Assembly: GCA_017881345.1 (NCBI GenBank)
Contig: JADGQZ010000190.1
Location: 1-43,856 of the forward strand
Length of the DNA: 43,856 nucleotides
Direction of reading: 5' to 3'
Source of the DNA: Myxococcaceae bacterium
Lineage (GTDB): Bacteria > Myxococcota > Myxococcia > Myxococcales > Myxococcaceae
The position numbers and the translations under genes were made by a program. The notes under the pieces are model-generated. The model saw only the letters and a list, made by a program, of their open reading frames with translations, did no database searches and had not been told where the DNA came from. The stretch's first letter is position 1, and the number at the start of each line of letters is the position of its first letter. This document shows positions 21,544-29,187 of the stretch, piece by piece.

Positions 21544-22231
21544 CGTCCGGCGCCCGCGACTCGACCAGCTGTCCGTCGAGCAGCTCGGCCCGGCGGGATC
21601 CCCCCGGCCAGGTCCAGGTCTCGCGCCGCGCCCCGGCCTCGAAGCGCTGATCCTTCCGGAGCGGGGGACCCCACGCGGCGAGCAGTGCCGCCTCGGGCAT
21701 CTCCACCACCGTGTGCCGGGTTCGCACCGCCTCGACGACCGCGTCGTTCCACCCGGAGGCCTGCAGCGAGGGGTCGAGGCGCGTCACCCAGGTCCCGAGC
21801 ACTCCCCAGAACTCTTGCTCGGACCTTGCCTCGTCCGGCACCGGGAGGATGGCGGTGGTTCCCCCCGGGAGGCCCAGGCGGATCCAGACCCGGTCCCGCG
21901 GTGTGCCGCCGGGCCGCCCGGCAAGGGCCTCCGCTCCGGGGAAGGCGATGTCGAGCACCTGCACCGGCGTGCCAGCGGGGAGGACGCCCTCGCTCTTTCC
22001 GGGCCAGCGCGGCTCCTGCTCCTCGAGCGGACCGCCGAGCAGGAAGGTCGTCCCCGGGCTCGCGTCCAGGTGCACCCGGACGCACGAGACGGCGACCCAG
22101 CGCGAGGGTGCGGCACGCGCCGCGCGGATCACCGCCTCACGGTCCTCGACTCCCATGGCGGTGCGGCCGGCACAGCCGGCGATGACCGCAGCGACGATCG
22201 GAAGAAGGAGCCGCACGCGGCGCCGGCTCAC
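21524..22231 (-). CDS. hypothetical lipoprotein
   Basis: MSRRRVRLLLPIVAAVIAGCAG is a signal peptide plus lipobox. The GTG start overlaps the FmdB stop (GTGA at 22228-22231). The 3' end overlaps the convergent PHP gene by 20 nt. Confidence 0.75.
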   Translation of the reverse strand: MSRRRVRLLLPIVAAVIAGCAGRTAMGVEDREAVIRAARAAPSRWVAVSCVRVHLDASPGTTFLLGGPLEEQEPRWPGKSEGVLPAGTPVQVLDIAFPGAEALAGRPGGTPRDRVWIRLGLPGGTTAILPVPDEARSEQEFWGVLGTWVTRLDPSLQASGWNDAVVEAVRTRHTVVEMPEAALLAAWGPPLRKDQRFEAGARRETWTWPGGSRRAELLDGQLVESRAPDATGTVP

Positions 22232-22590
22232 GCCTTGGCGGCGGCCACCTTGGGAGCGGAGTTCGACGGGCCGCTGCCGGAGGAGCCGGAACCCGAGCTC
22301 CCGCCATCTCCACCCTCGCTGGACGGCGTGCTGGGGGCGGGAGGCGTGGTGCTCTCCGTCTTCGCGGGGGTCTTCGGCTCGGAGCTCTCGGCTCCCTTGG
22401 ACTTGCTCGAGGAGTAGAGGTCCGCGTACCAGCCTCCGCCCTTGAGCACGAAGCTCGTCCGGCTCAGGAGGCGGGAGAGCGTGTGCTGGGCGCCGCAGCG
22501 CGGGCAGGTCTCAGGGGCGGGGTCGTTCACCTTCTGGAGAGCGTCCGAGGTCTGGTGGCACTGGCTGCACTCGTATTCGTAGATGGGCAT
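22228..22590 (-). CDS. FmdB-family zinc-ribbon protein with Ser/Gly/Pro-rich tail
   Basis: The inner ATG gives MPIYEYECSQCHQ...CPRCG, the hallmark FmdB N-terminus with two CxxC pairs, 120 aa. The upstream part of the track ORF is not protein-like. Confidence 0.85.
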   Translation of the reverse strand: MPIYEYECSQCHQTSDALQKVNDPAPETCPRCGAQHTLSRLLSRTSFVLKGGGWYADLYSSSKSKGAESSEPKTPAKTESTTPPAPSTPSSEGGDGGSSGSGSSGSGPSNSAPKVAAAKA

Positions 22591-22601
22591 GGCGTGTGGG
22601 G

Positions 22602-23789
22602 TCAGGGTAGCGAGGTGCTGGCCTCGGGGAGAAGTCCGAGCCGCTCGAGCGCGCGGCCGACCAGGGTCGGAGGTGCCCCGAGCCGGCGCGCCAGGCCCGG
22701 GTGGGCGGCCTCGCCACCCCCGGCCGCCTTGAGCTCGCGGAGCAGGTCCGCCCGCAGCCGCTCGTCGAAGTCGCGCTCGATGCCGAGGTCCTCGAGGTAC
22801 TTCCGACGCCCGAGCAGGTCCAGCCGGGCGGTCCAGCTCGCCGGGTTCAACGCCTCGCGACGGAACCGCTCGCGCAGCCGGTCCACCTCGGTGCCGAGCC
22901 CGAGCCGGGAGATGAGTCCCTCGAGCTCCTGGCCTCGCAGCCCCAGCGCCCACGCGACACGCCCCAGCGCCCCCCGCTGCTCGGAGAGCGCGTCGAGGAC
23001 GAGGCTCCGCTCGCTGTCCTCCACGGCGGCGATGAGTCCGTGCTCGGTGAGGAGCGCGTCCAGCTCGGCCGCCGAGGGGTCGGACCCGCGGCGACCCGAG
23101 TAGCCCTGGGCCAGCGCCCGCAGCAGCGCGGGGCGGTGCCCGTGCTGGGCGAGGAGCGTCTCCAGCGTGGTGCGTCCCGCGGGGCCTTCCAGCGCCTCGA
23201 GCGGCGAGCGCTCGGCCTCCACCTGTGTGAAGCGCCCGCGGGGCTCGGCTGCAGACTGCGCGGCACGGCGGCGAGGCGCGATCCGCTCGGCGACCGAGGA
23301 GCCCTGCGGCGCGGGCTTTCCGGTGCGCGACCGGTTGCCCGGCTCCGGGGTCGGCGTCGCTGGAGCGGGGGAGGGCGACTCGCTGGGTCGGCTCGCCGCA
23401 GCGCCCGCCGCGAGCCTGGCGGACGCGGCTGGCGAGGGACTGGCGACGGCCTGCGCGTCCTGGAGCGTGAGCAGCTCCTCGACCAGCGCGTAGTAGCCCG
23501 AGCGCTCGCGGAGACCCGCGGTGTCCGGCGGCGTGCCACGCGCCAGGTCCACCACCGCGAAGGGGCCGAGCGGCCGCACCGGAGGCTCGGCGTCGGTCAC
23601 CGCGCGGACGCGAAAATCGTCCGCGGCGAGGAGCGTCGAGAGCGCGTCTCGCACCGCGCGTGGAGGCGCCGGTGCGCCGGCGCGCCGACAGTAATCAGAC
23701 ACCGCGACGGCCACGGGCGTGGGCACGTCGTCGGGCTGGCGTTTGCGTTCCCAGGACGCCATGAAGGGGTCGGATGGGACCAGTAGCAT
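22602..23789 (-). CDS. hypothetical protein with two Fis-type HTH-like segments and a low-complexity linker
   Basis: I placed the start at ATG 23789 (MLLVPSDPF), with ATG 23762 as an alternative. The start at 23834 would overlap the divergent gene. GALGRVAWALGLRGQELEGLISRLGL and HPGLARRLGAPPTLVGRALERLGL resemble Fis-like HTH motifs, which is an inference. Confidence 0.65.
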   Translation of the reverse strand: MLLVPSDPFMASWERKRQPDDVPTPVAVAVSDYCRRAGAPAPPRAVRDALSTLLAADDFRVRAVTDAEPPVRPLGPFAVVDLARGTPPDTAGLRERSGYYALVEELLTLQDAQAVASPSPAASARLAAGAAASRPSESPSPAPATPTPEPGNRSRTGKPAPQGSSVAERIAPRRRAAQSAAEPRGRFTQVEAERSPLEALEGPAGRTTLETLLAQHGHRPALLRALAQGYSGRRGSDPSAAELDALLTEHGLIAAVEDSERSLVLDALSEQRGALGRVAWALGLRGQELEGLISRLGLGTEVDRLRERFRREALNPASWTARLDLLGRRKYLEDLGIERDFDERLRADLLRELKAAGGGEAAHPGLARRLGAPPTLVGRALERLGLLPEASTSLP

Positions 23790-23817
23790 CCCGGGGCGGG
23801 CGCCACGGTCGGTTTCG

Positions 23818-24408
23818 ATGACTCCGGAACACAATCTAAGCAGAGGAGCAGGTTCGCAAGTCCCTGCCCCGTCGGTGGGGGGGCTCCGGCTCGGACCGGG
23901 GCTCGGGGTGGCGCTGTACGTCCTCCTGGTCGCCTCGGCGGGCCTGGCGTTCTTTGGGCGGCGCTACCCGGGCCGCCTTCCCGTGCCGCTGGAGACGGTC
24001 ACTCCCTGGGTCTTCGCCGTCTTCATCGCCTGCTTCGCGGTGTACCGGTTCGGCCTGGCAAACGCGCGCAAGTACCCGGCGAGCAAGGCATTTTTCCAGG
24101 TGGGGCTGGCGGTGGTGGTCTTCCTCCTGCTCCTCCCATCGTCGCGGGCGCCGTACGTTCCTACTGGAACGGCGCTCGGTCAGGCGCTGGCAGACCCGGA
24201 CCCCCGGCTCCGGGCGCTCGCCGCCGAGGTGGCCCGCTACCGCCCCGACGGCCGAGGTTATGTTCCAGCCCTGGTCCAGGCCCTGTCCGACCCGGACCCC
24301 ACCGTGCGCGCCCAGGCGCATGCATCCCTCGTCTCGCTGACGGGGGTGGACCTCGGATCGCCGGAGGCACCGGGGGCCGTGGACGCGTGGAGACGGCGCT
24401 ACCCGTGA
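23818..24408 (+). CDS. membrane protein with C-terminal HEAT (PBS-lyase type) repeats
   Basis: ATG at 23818 gives 196 aa. Three to four hydrophobic helices are followed by LADPDPRLRALAAEVA and LSDPDPTVRAQAHASL repeats. Confidence 0.75.
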   Translation: MTPEHNLSRGAGSQVPAPSVGGLRLGPGLGVALYVLLVASAGLAFFGRRYPGRLPVPLETVTPWVFAVFIACFAVYRFGLANARKYPASKAFFQVGLAVVVFLLLLPSSRAPYVPTGTALGQALADPDPRLRALAAEVARYRPDGRGYVPALVQALSDPDPTVRAQAHASLVSLTGVDLGSPEAPGAVDAWRRRYP

Positions 24409-24869
24409 CCCAGGCAGACAAGACAGAGCTCCTCAGTCGCTACATGGCCGAGCACGGGCTGAAGAGCACCCGTCAGCGGAGCCTCATCATCGACACCTTC
24501 TTCGCCCTGAGCGGGCACCTCTCGGTCGAGGATCTCTGGGCCAAGGTGCGCGAGCACGACGCGCGGGTCTCGGTCGCCACGGTCTACCGGACCATGAAGC
24601 TGCTGCACGAGTGCGGCCTGGCCCACGCCCGGAACTTCGGCGACGGACAGACCCGCTACGAGGCGGCGGTGGGCCGCCACCACCACGACCACCTCATCTG
24701 TACCCGGTGCGGCACCATCGTCGAGTTCGAGAATGACCGCATCGAGGCGCTGCAGGACAAGGTGGCGCGCAAGCACGGCTTCCAGGTGACCTCGCACAAG
24801 ATGGAGCTCTACGGCTTCTGCGACTCCTGTCAGCGAGCCATCGCCAGCGGGGATTCCCCGCGGGCGTGA
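24405..24869 (+). CDS. fur: Fur-family metalloregulator
   Basis: HHHDHLICTRCG plus a second Cys pair (FCDSC) and a winged-helix N-terminus (STRQRSLIIDTF) are present. I placed the start at the GTG overlapping the upstream stop (GTGA at 24405-24408). GTG 24387 and ATG 24444 are alternatives. Confidence 0.85.
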   Translation: MTQADKTELLSRYMAEHGLKSTRQRSLIIDTFFALSGHLSVEDLWAKVREHDARVSVATVYRTMKLLHECGLAHARNFGDGQTRYEAAVGRHHHDHLICTRCGTIVEFENDRIEALQDKVARKHGFQVTSHKMELYGFCDSCQRAIASGDSPRA

Positions 24870-25420
24870 CGATGGGCCCGGGCACACGCCGCGCGGCGGC
24901 GCTGGTCGGGCTCGGGCTCGCGCTCGCAGGCTGCGCCGGGCAGTCGGCGAACGCGCCGCCGCCTGTCCAGGACGTCGACGCTGCCCGGTACCTGGCGGAG
25001 CTCCAGAGGCTGCCCCTCCTCGGCGGCGGATGGCTCGATGGAAGCCAGCTCGCGGGGAAGGTCGTCATCGTGCAGTTCCTTGCGACGTGGTGCTTCCCCT
25101 GCATCGCGACTGCGCCCCGGCTCCAGGAGATCTACGACCACGATCAGGCACGGGGGCTGGTGGCGCTCGCGGTGGGAATGGACCTGGAGGGGCCGCAGGT
25201 GCTCAGGCCGTTCGCGGATCAGCTGGGGCTGCGGTTTCCGGTGCTCCTGGCGGACGACGCGCTCAGGAACGGGCAGACCGCCTTCGGGAGGATCTCGTTG
25301 CTGCCGACCACGTTGATCATCGGCAGGGATGGGCGAGTGGTGAGCGTCTATGCCGGGGTGGCAGAGCAGGGGACGCTCGAGCCGCTCATCGACGAGGCGC
25401 TCCGGAAGCCCGCGCGCTGA
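24866..25420 (+). CDS. TlpA/ResA-like thiol-disulfide oxidoreductase lipoprotein
   Basis: LVGLGLALAGCAG is a lipobox signal and WCFPC is the thioredoxin-fold active site. The GTG start overlaps the fur stop (GTGA at 24866-24869), and ATG 24872 is an alternative. Confidence 0.88.
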   Translation: MTMGPGTRRAAALVGLGLALAGCAGQSANAPPPVQDVDAARYLAELQRLPLLGGGWLDGSQLAGKVVIVQFLATWCFPCIATAPRLQEIYDHDQARGLVALAVGMDLEGPQVLRPFADQLGLRFPVLLADDALRNGQTAFGRISLLPTTLIIGRDGRVVSVYAGVAEQGTLEPLIDEALRKPAR

Positions 25421-25564
25421 AGCCGGGGGTCAGCGGCGTCCTTGGCTCGAATGGGACGCCGGCCAACCGGGGTCACGTCCGCCGGGCGGCCTGACGTCCG
25501 GCCTGCGAGACCTTGCGCGCTCATGAGGACCCGAAGTCGTCCGTTGGTCGGACCGCGACGGGAA

Positions 25565-25595
25565 GGTTCCGCGAAGCGCCTGCGCGGAACCTTTT
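25565..25595 (+). terminator. intrinsic-terminator-like hairpin
   Basis: The hairpin is GGTTCCGCG-aagcgcctg-CGCGGAACC followed by TTTT. It lies 145 nt downstream of the tlpA-like stop. Confidence 0.5.
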
Positions 25596-25596
25596 C

Positions 25597-25770
25597 GGAC
25601 GGTCGCCGGTCGGGGGGGGCGGCTCAGTTCTCAATCAGCGGCCGGATCGGTTTCGCCAACGACCTTTGGGCAACCGGAGCGGCACTCAAACGGCTTCCCA
25701 TCGGCGCTTTCGGAAGCTTTTTGGAACGCCGGACCGGGGTCGTGCGCTCCCCCCCGCCGGGTGACCGTCC
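25597..25770 (+). ncRNA. candidate structured RNA element closed by a 22-bp long-range helix (function unknown)
   Basis: Positions 25597-25618 (GGACGGTCGCCGGTCGGGGGGG) pair with 25749-25770 (CCCCCCCGCCGGGTGACCGTCC). That gives 19 Watson-Crick pairs, 1 G-U and 2 mismatches. The helix encloses 130 nt, including the hairpin 25693-25717 followed by TTTTT. The G-U pair only works on the plus strand. Confidence 0.3.
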
Positions 25771-25927
25771 CAAATTGTTTCGCGAAGGAGCGTCGGGGAA
25801 CAGCGCCGCTCAACGAGAGGATCCAGCAGGAGGTGTCCGCGGAGCGCCCAGGCCGTGCCGTCCCGAGCACGGCCTCCCGCCCGTTTCTTGCGGGGTCCGG
25901 GGCCGCTGCTACCGTCCTGTTCCAGCG

Positions 25928-26206
25928 ATGGACTGGATGCGGCAGTACGGCTGGCGGCTGGCGGCGGCGGTGTCCCTGATTCTCGCCGTGGTCAGCGCGC
26001 TCGAGCCGCGCGGGTTCCGCCGCCACGCCCGCCTCCGCTCGCAGGCCGAGGCCCTCGCCCAGCGCAACACCCAGCTCCGCGAGGAGAACCTCCGGCTCGC
26101 CCGGGAGGTCGAGGCCCTCCGGAGCGAGCCTGCGGCCATCGAGCGCGCCGCCCGCGAGGAGCTGGGCTTCGTGAAACCGGGCGAGATCGTCATTCACCTC
26201 GAATGA
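25928..26206 (+). CDS. ftsB: septum formation initiator FtsB/DivIC family
   Basis: The 92-aa product has one N-terminal TM helix (LAAAVSLILAVVSAL). It has a leucine-zipper-like coiled coil and the conserved C-terminal EELGFVKPGE block. Confidence 0.8.
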   Translation: MDWMRQYGWRLAAAVSLILAVVSALEPRGFRRHARLRSQAEALAQRNTQLREENLRLAREVEALRSEPAAIERAAREELGFVKPGEIVIHLE

Positions 26207-28329
26207 GCCCGCGCCCCGCCCGGATGCCGCGCGCTGCGCGGTGGCTCTTCCGCTCCCTCGCGCCGGCGTCGGTCCTCGCCGTGGCCTGGCTCCTCGGGCA
26301 GGGAAGGCTCCGGGGGGTGGCCGATCCCCGCTGGGACGAGGTGGCCGCGGCCGCCGGACTCGTTGCCGGGCTCTGCGTGGCCGGGGTGCGCCGGGCGCTC
26401 CGGATGCCCACGGGGAGCCGCCCGCGCGTGCGTGACGACCTCGAGCTCGGCGCGCCGCTTGTCGCCGCCGCGTACATGGTCGTCGCCCTCGCCGGGCCCG
26501 GCATGCACCCGCTGGTCTACGTGGTGATGGCCGGGCTGGTGGGCTTCTTCGACGCGCTTCCGGCGGCGCTGCTCCTCGGACTGACGCTGGGGTTCGAGGC
26601 GCTGCTCACCCTGCGCTCCGGCTGGGTGCCCTTCGCGACCCACGCCGCCTTCCTCGCGCTCTTCGCCGTGATCTACCGCATCGTCCTCAATGCCCGGCTG
26701 GCGCTGGCCCGCCATGCCGAGCAGGAGGCGGTGAAGGCGCGGATTCGCGAGGTCGAGGAGCGCGCGCGCACCTACCGGCTGGCGAGCGCCGGAGCCACCG
26801 AGCCCGCTCCCGACACCGGCAGCCAGTGGATGATGGCGGCGGTGAAGCAGGTGGAGGGCGCCGTCGGCTCGGTGCTCGAGATCGGCGAGCTCGCGCTGCG
26901 CACCCACACCTGCGCCGCGTTCCTGCTCGCCCCGGACGACCGCACCCTGGTGCTCCACGACTGCCGGAGCAGCTCGGAGCGGGTGCAGCGCGGGGCGGTG
27001 CTCGCCGGCGAGGGAATCCTCGCGGGAGTCCTGAAGCGTTCGGTGCCGGTGCGGATGGTCTCCCCCTCGGGGCTGCGAGGCGTGACCTGGTACGACGGCG
27101 GGCCGGCGCCCCGGAGCGTGTGCGCCGTGCCACTGGCCGAGCCCGGGGGACAGCTCCGCGGCGTGCTCCTCGCCGACCGGATGGAACCCGAGCCGTTCGA
27201 GGACCGCGACGAGGCGCTGCTCCGGACGCTCGCCGGCGAGATCCTCCGCGCCATCGAGGTCGAGCGGGTGCTGGTGGAGATCCGCCGCGCGCGGGACGAG
27301 AAGGGGCGGTTCTTCAAGGCCATCGAGGATCTCAACCGCGCCGGGAACCTCGAGTCGGTCTTCGGTGCGGTGCTCGACGGCGCCCGGCAGCTGGCCGGTC
27401 TCGACTTCGCGGCCATCACCCTGGTGAGCGAGCACGAGGGGAAGCGCGAGCACCGGGTGGCGCGCATCAGCGGCACGAGCCCGGCGGGGAAGACGCTCGA
27501 GGGGCGCGTCTTTCCGGACAACAACGGGCTCGTGGCCAACGTCGTCCGCTACGGCACGCCCTTGCCCGGCCGTGACCTCCGGGCGATGGACCGGCAGGTG
27601 CTGTTCGACGACGACACCCGGCTGCGCGGGCTGGGGGCGCTCAAGATCCTCCCCCTCGCCGCGGGGGACCGCATCCTCGGAACCCTGGTGGCAGGGGCGC
27701 GGCGGAAGGCCTCCCTCGACGAGGACGCGCTCCGGATGCTGGAGGTCATCGCGCTCCAGGCAGGGCAGGCGGTGCTGCGGGCCCAGCTCTTCGACCAGAC
27801 CGAGCGCCTGGCGACGACCGACGGGCTCACCGGTCTGCTCAACCACCGTGCGTTCCAGGCCCGGGCCGACGAGGCGCTGGCACAGGCCCGCCGCTACGGC
27901 CGCGCCTGCGCAGTGCTCCTCACCGACGTGGACCACTTCAAGTCGGTGAACGACACCCACGGCCACCCCATCGGGGACCAGGTGCTCAGGGGCGTGGCGC
28001 AGATCCTCCGCGAGAAGGCGCGCGACACCGACCTGGTCGCCCGCTACGGCGGCGAGGAGTTCGCGGTCATCATGCCGGAGACGGACGGGAAGGGCGCCCT
28101 GGTCATCGCCGAGCGGATCCGCGAGGCGGTGCAGGCCAAGGTCTTCCAGACCGAGCTCGGCCCGCTGCAGATCACCATCTCGGTGGGCATCGCCGCGGCG
28201 CCGGTGAACGGCACCGGCAAGCAGGAGCTCATCGACCTCGCCGACCAGTGCCTCTACTTCGCCAAGCGCAATGGCCGGAATCGCTCCGTCCTGCCGCAGC
28301 TGATGGAGTCTTCGCGGCGGTCGGCGTAA
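26203..28329 (+). CDS. membrane-anchored GAF-GAF-GGDEF diguanylate cyclase
   Basis: The ATG overlaps the ftsB stop (ATGA at 26203-26206), giving 708 aa. The N-terminus is multi-TM. GAF-like regions are followed by GLTGLLNHR, and RYGGEEF is preceded by an RDTD (RxxD) I-site. Confidence 0.9.
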   Translation: MSPRPARMPRAARWLFRSLAPASVLAVAWLLGQGRLRGVADPRWDEVAAAAGLVAGLCVAGVRRALRMPTGSRPRVRDDLELGAPLVAAAYMVVALAGPGMHPLVYVVMAGLVGFFDALPAALLLGLTLGFEALLTLRSGWVPFATHAAFLALFAVIYRIVLNARLALARHAEQEAVKARIREVEERARTYRLASAGATEPAPDTGSQWMMAAVKQVEGAVGSVLEIGELALRTHTCAAFLLAPDDRTLVLHDCRSSSERVQRGAVLAGEGILAGVLKRSVPVRMVSPSGLRGVTWYDGGPAPRSVCAVPLAEPGGQLRGVLLADRMEPEPFEDRDEALLRTLAGEILRAIEVERVLVEIRRARDEKGRFFKAIEDLNRAGNLESVFGAVLDGARQLAGLDFAAITLVSEHEGKREHRVARISGTSPAGKTLEGRVFPDNNGLVANVVRYGTPLPGRDLRAMDRQVLFDDDTRLRGLGALKILPLAAGDRILGTLVAGARRKASLDEDALRMLEVIALQAGQAVLRAQLFDQTERLATTDGLTGLLNHRAFQARADEALAQARRYGRACAVLLTDVDHFKSVNDTHGHPIGDQVLRGVAQILREKARDTDLVARYGGEEFAVIMPETDGKGALVIAERIREAVQAKVFQTELGPLQITISVGIAAAPVNGTGKQELIDLADQCLYFAKRNGRNRSVLPQLMESSRRSA

Positions 28330-28340
28330 GCGAAGCTGGC

Positions 28341-29123
28341 ATGCCGGCCCCGCATCCCCTCGCCGTCGCCCTGAGCGGGTCGACGGATGGCTCGCTCCGT
28401 GCCGAGGCCGAGGCGTGCGCGACGCGGTGGGGTCTTCCGTTGCTACTCCGCGCAGCGAAGGCGCCGCTCCGTGGGCTGCTCGACGAAGCCGAGCTCCTGG
28501 TGGTCTTCGGCGAGGATGCGGTCTCGCTCCGGGATCGGCGGGGCCACGTCCGGGGTGGGGCCGGCCTGGCGGCGCTGCGGCTCAAGGAGATCGCCAAGGG
28601 GCGCACGGACGATCCGCTCCAGCGCGTCGGGGAGCTCGTGGCCGGCGAACGGGTGCTCGACGCGACGCTCGGGTTCGCCCAGGACGCGCGGGTGGCGGCG
28701 CGCCTCGTCGGGCCTTCCGGCGCGCTGCTCGGCATCGAGTCGAGCCTCCCGCTGGCGGTGCTGGCGGAGGCGACGTTGCGCCGCGAGGGCTCGACGGCGA
28801 GCGCGCCCATCGAGGTGCAGCGCGGAGACTCCGGCGCCGTGCTGCGCGCGATGCCGGCGAGCAGCGTGGACGTGGTGCTCTTCGACCCGATGTTCGGACG
28901 CGCCCTCGCCGCCCAGCCCGGGTTCGACATGCTCCGCCGCCTTGCCGATCCGTCGCCGCTGACGCCGCAGGTCCTCACCGAGGCGCGGCGCGTGGCCCGG
29001 CGGGTCGTGCTGATCAAGTCCGCGCGGTACAGCCCGGCGCTGCGGTCGCTCGGGCTCCGGCACGAGTGGGCTTCACGGAGCGCCCCGGTCGTCTGGGCGC
29101 GGGTGGCGGCGCTCTCGCGCTAG
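28341..29123 (+). CDS. class I SAM-dependent methyltransferase, RsmJ (16S rRNA m2G1516)-like
   Basis: ATG at 28341 gives 260 aa. VLDATLGFAQDA (SAM motif I-like) and VVLFDPMF resemble the RsmJ/DUF548 family. Confidence 0.7.
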   Translation: MPAPHPLAVALSGSTDGSLRAEAEACATRWGLPLLLRAAKAPLRGLLDEAELLVVFGEDAVSLRDRRGHVRGGAGLAALRLKEIAKGRTDDPLQRVGELVAGERVLDATLGFAQDARVAARLVGPSGALLGIESSLPLAVLAEATLRREGSTASAPIEVQRGDSGAVLRAMPASSVDVVLFDPMFGRALAAQPGFDMLRRLADPSPLTPQVLTEARRVARRVVLIKSARYSPALRSLGLRHEWASRSAPVVWARVAALSR

Positions 29124-29187
29124 GCCCTGCGAGTCGACCAGGGGAGGGCAGAGCGTGTCATGGTTCCTCGTTCTCGAAGGAGCCCTC

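Noticed and set aside
25680-25696. Sigma-54-like promoter CGGCAC-N8-GC (GG at 25681-25682, GC at 25693-25694)
   Set aside because: The spacing and the GGCAC half fit. However, the -12 element lacks the TTGC context, and the site lies inside the candidate structured element. It is too weak to call without a genome-wide model.
25597-25770. MITE or other mobile-element interpretation of the 22-bp inverted arms
   Set aside because: No target-site duplication flanks the arms (left ...cttttc, right caaatt...). I saw no second copy in the window and no transposase nearby. This cannot be fully excluded without a genome-wide repeat search.
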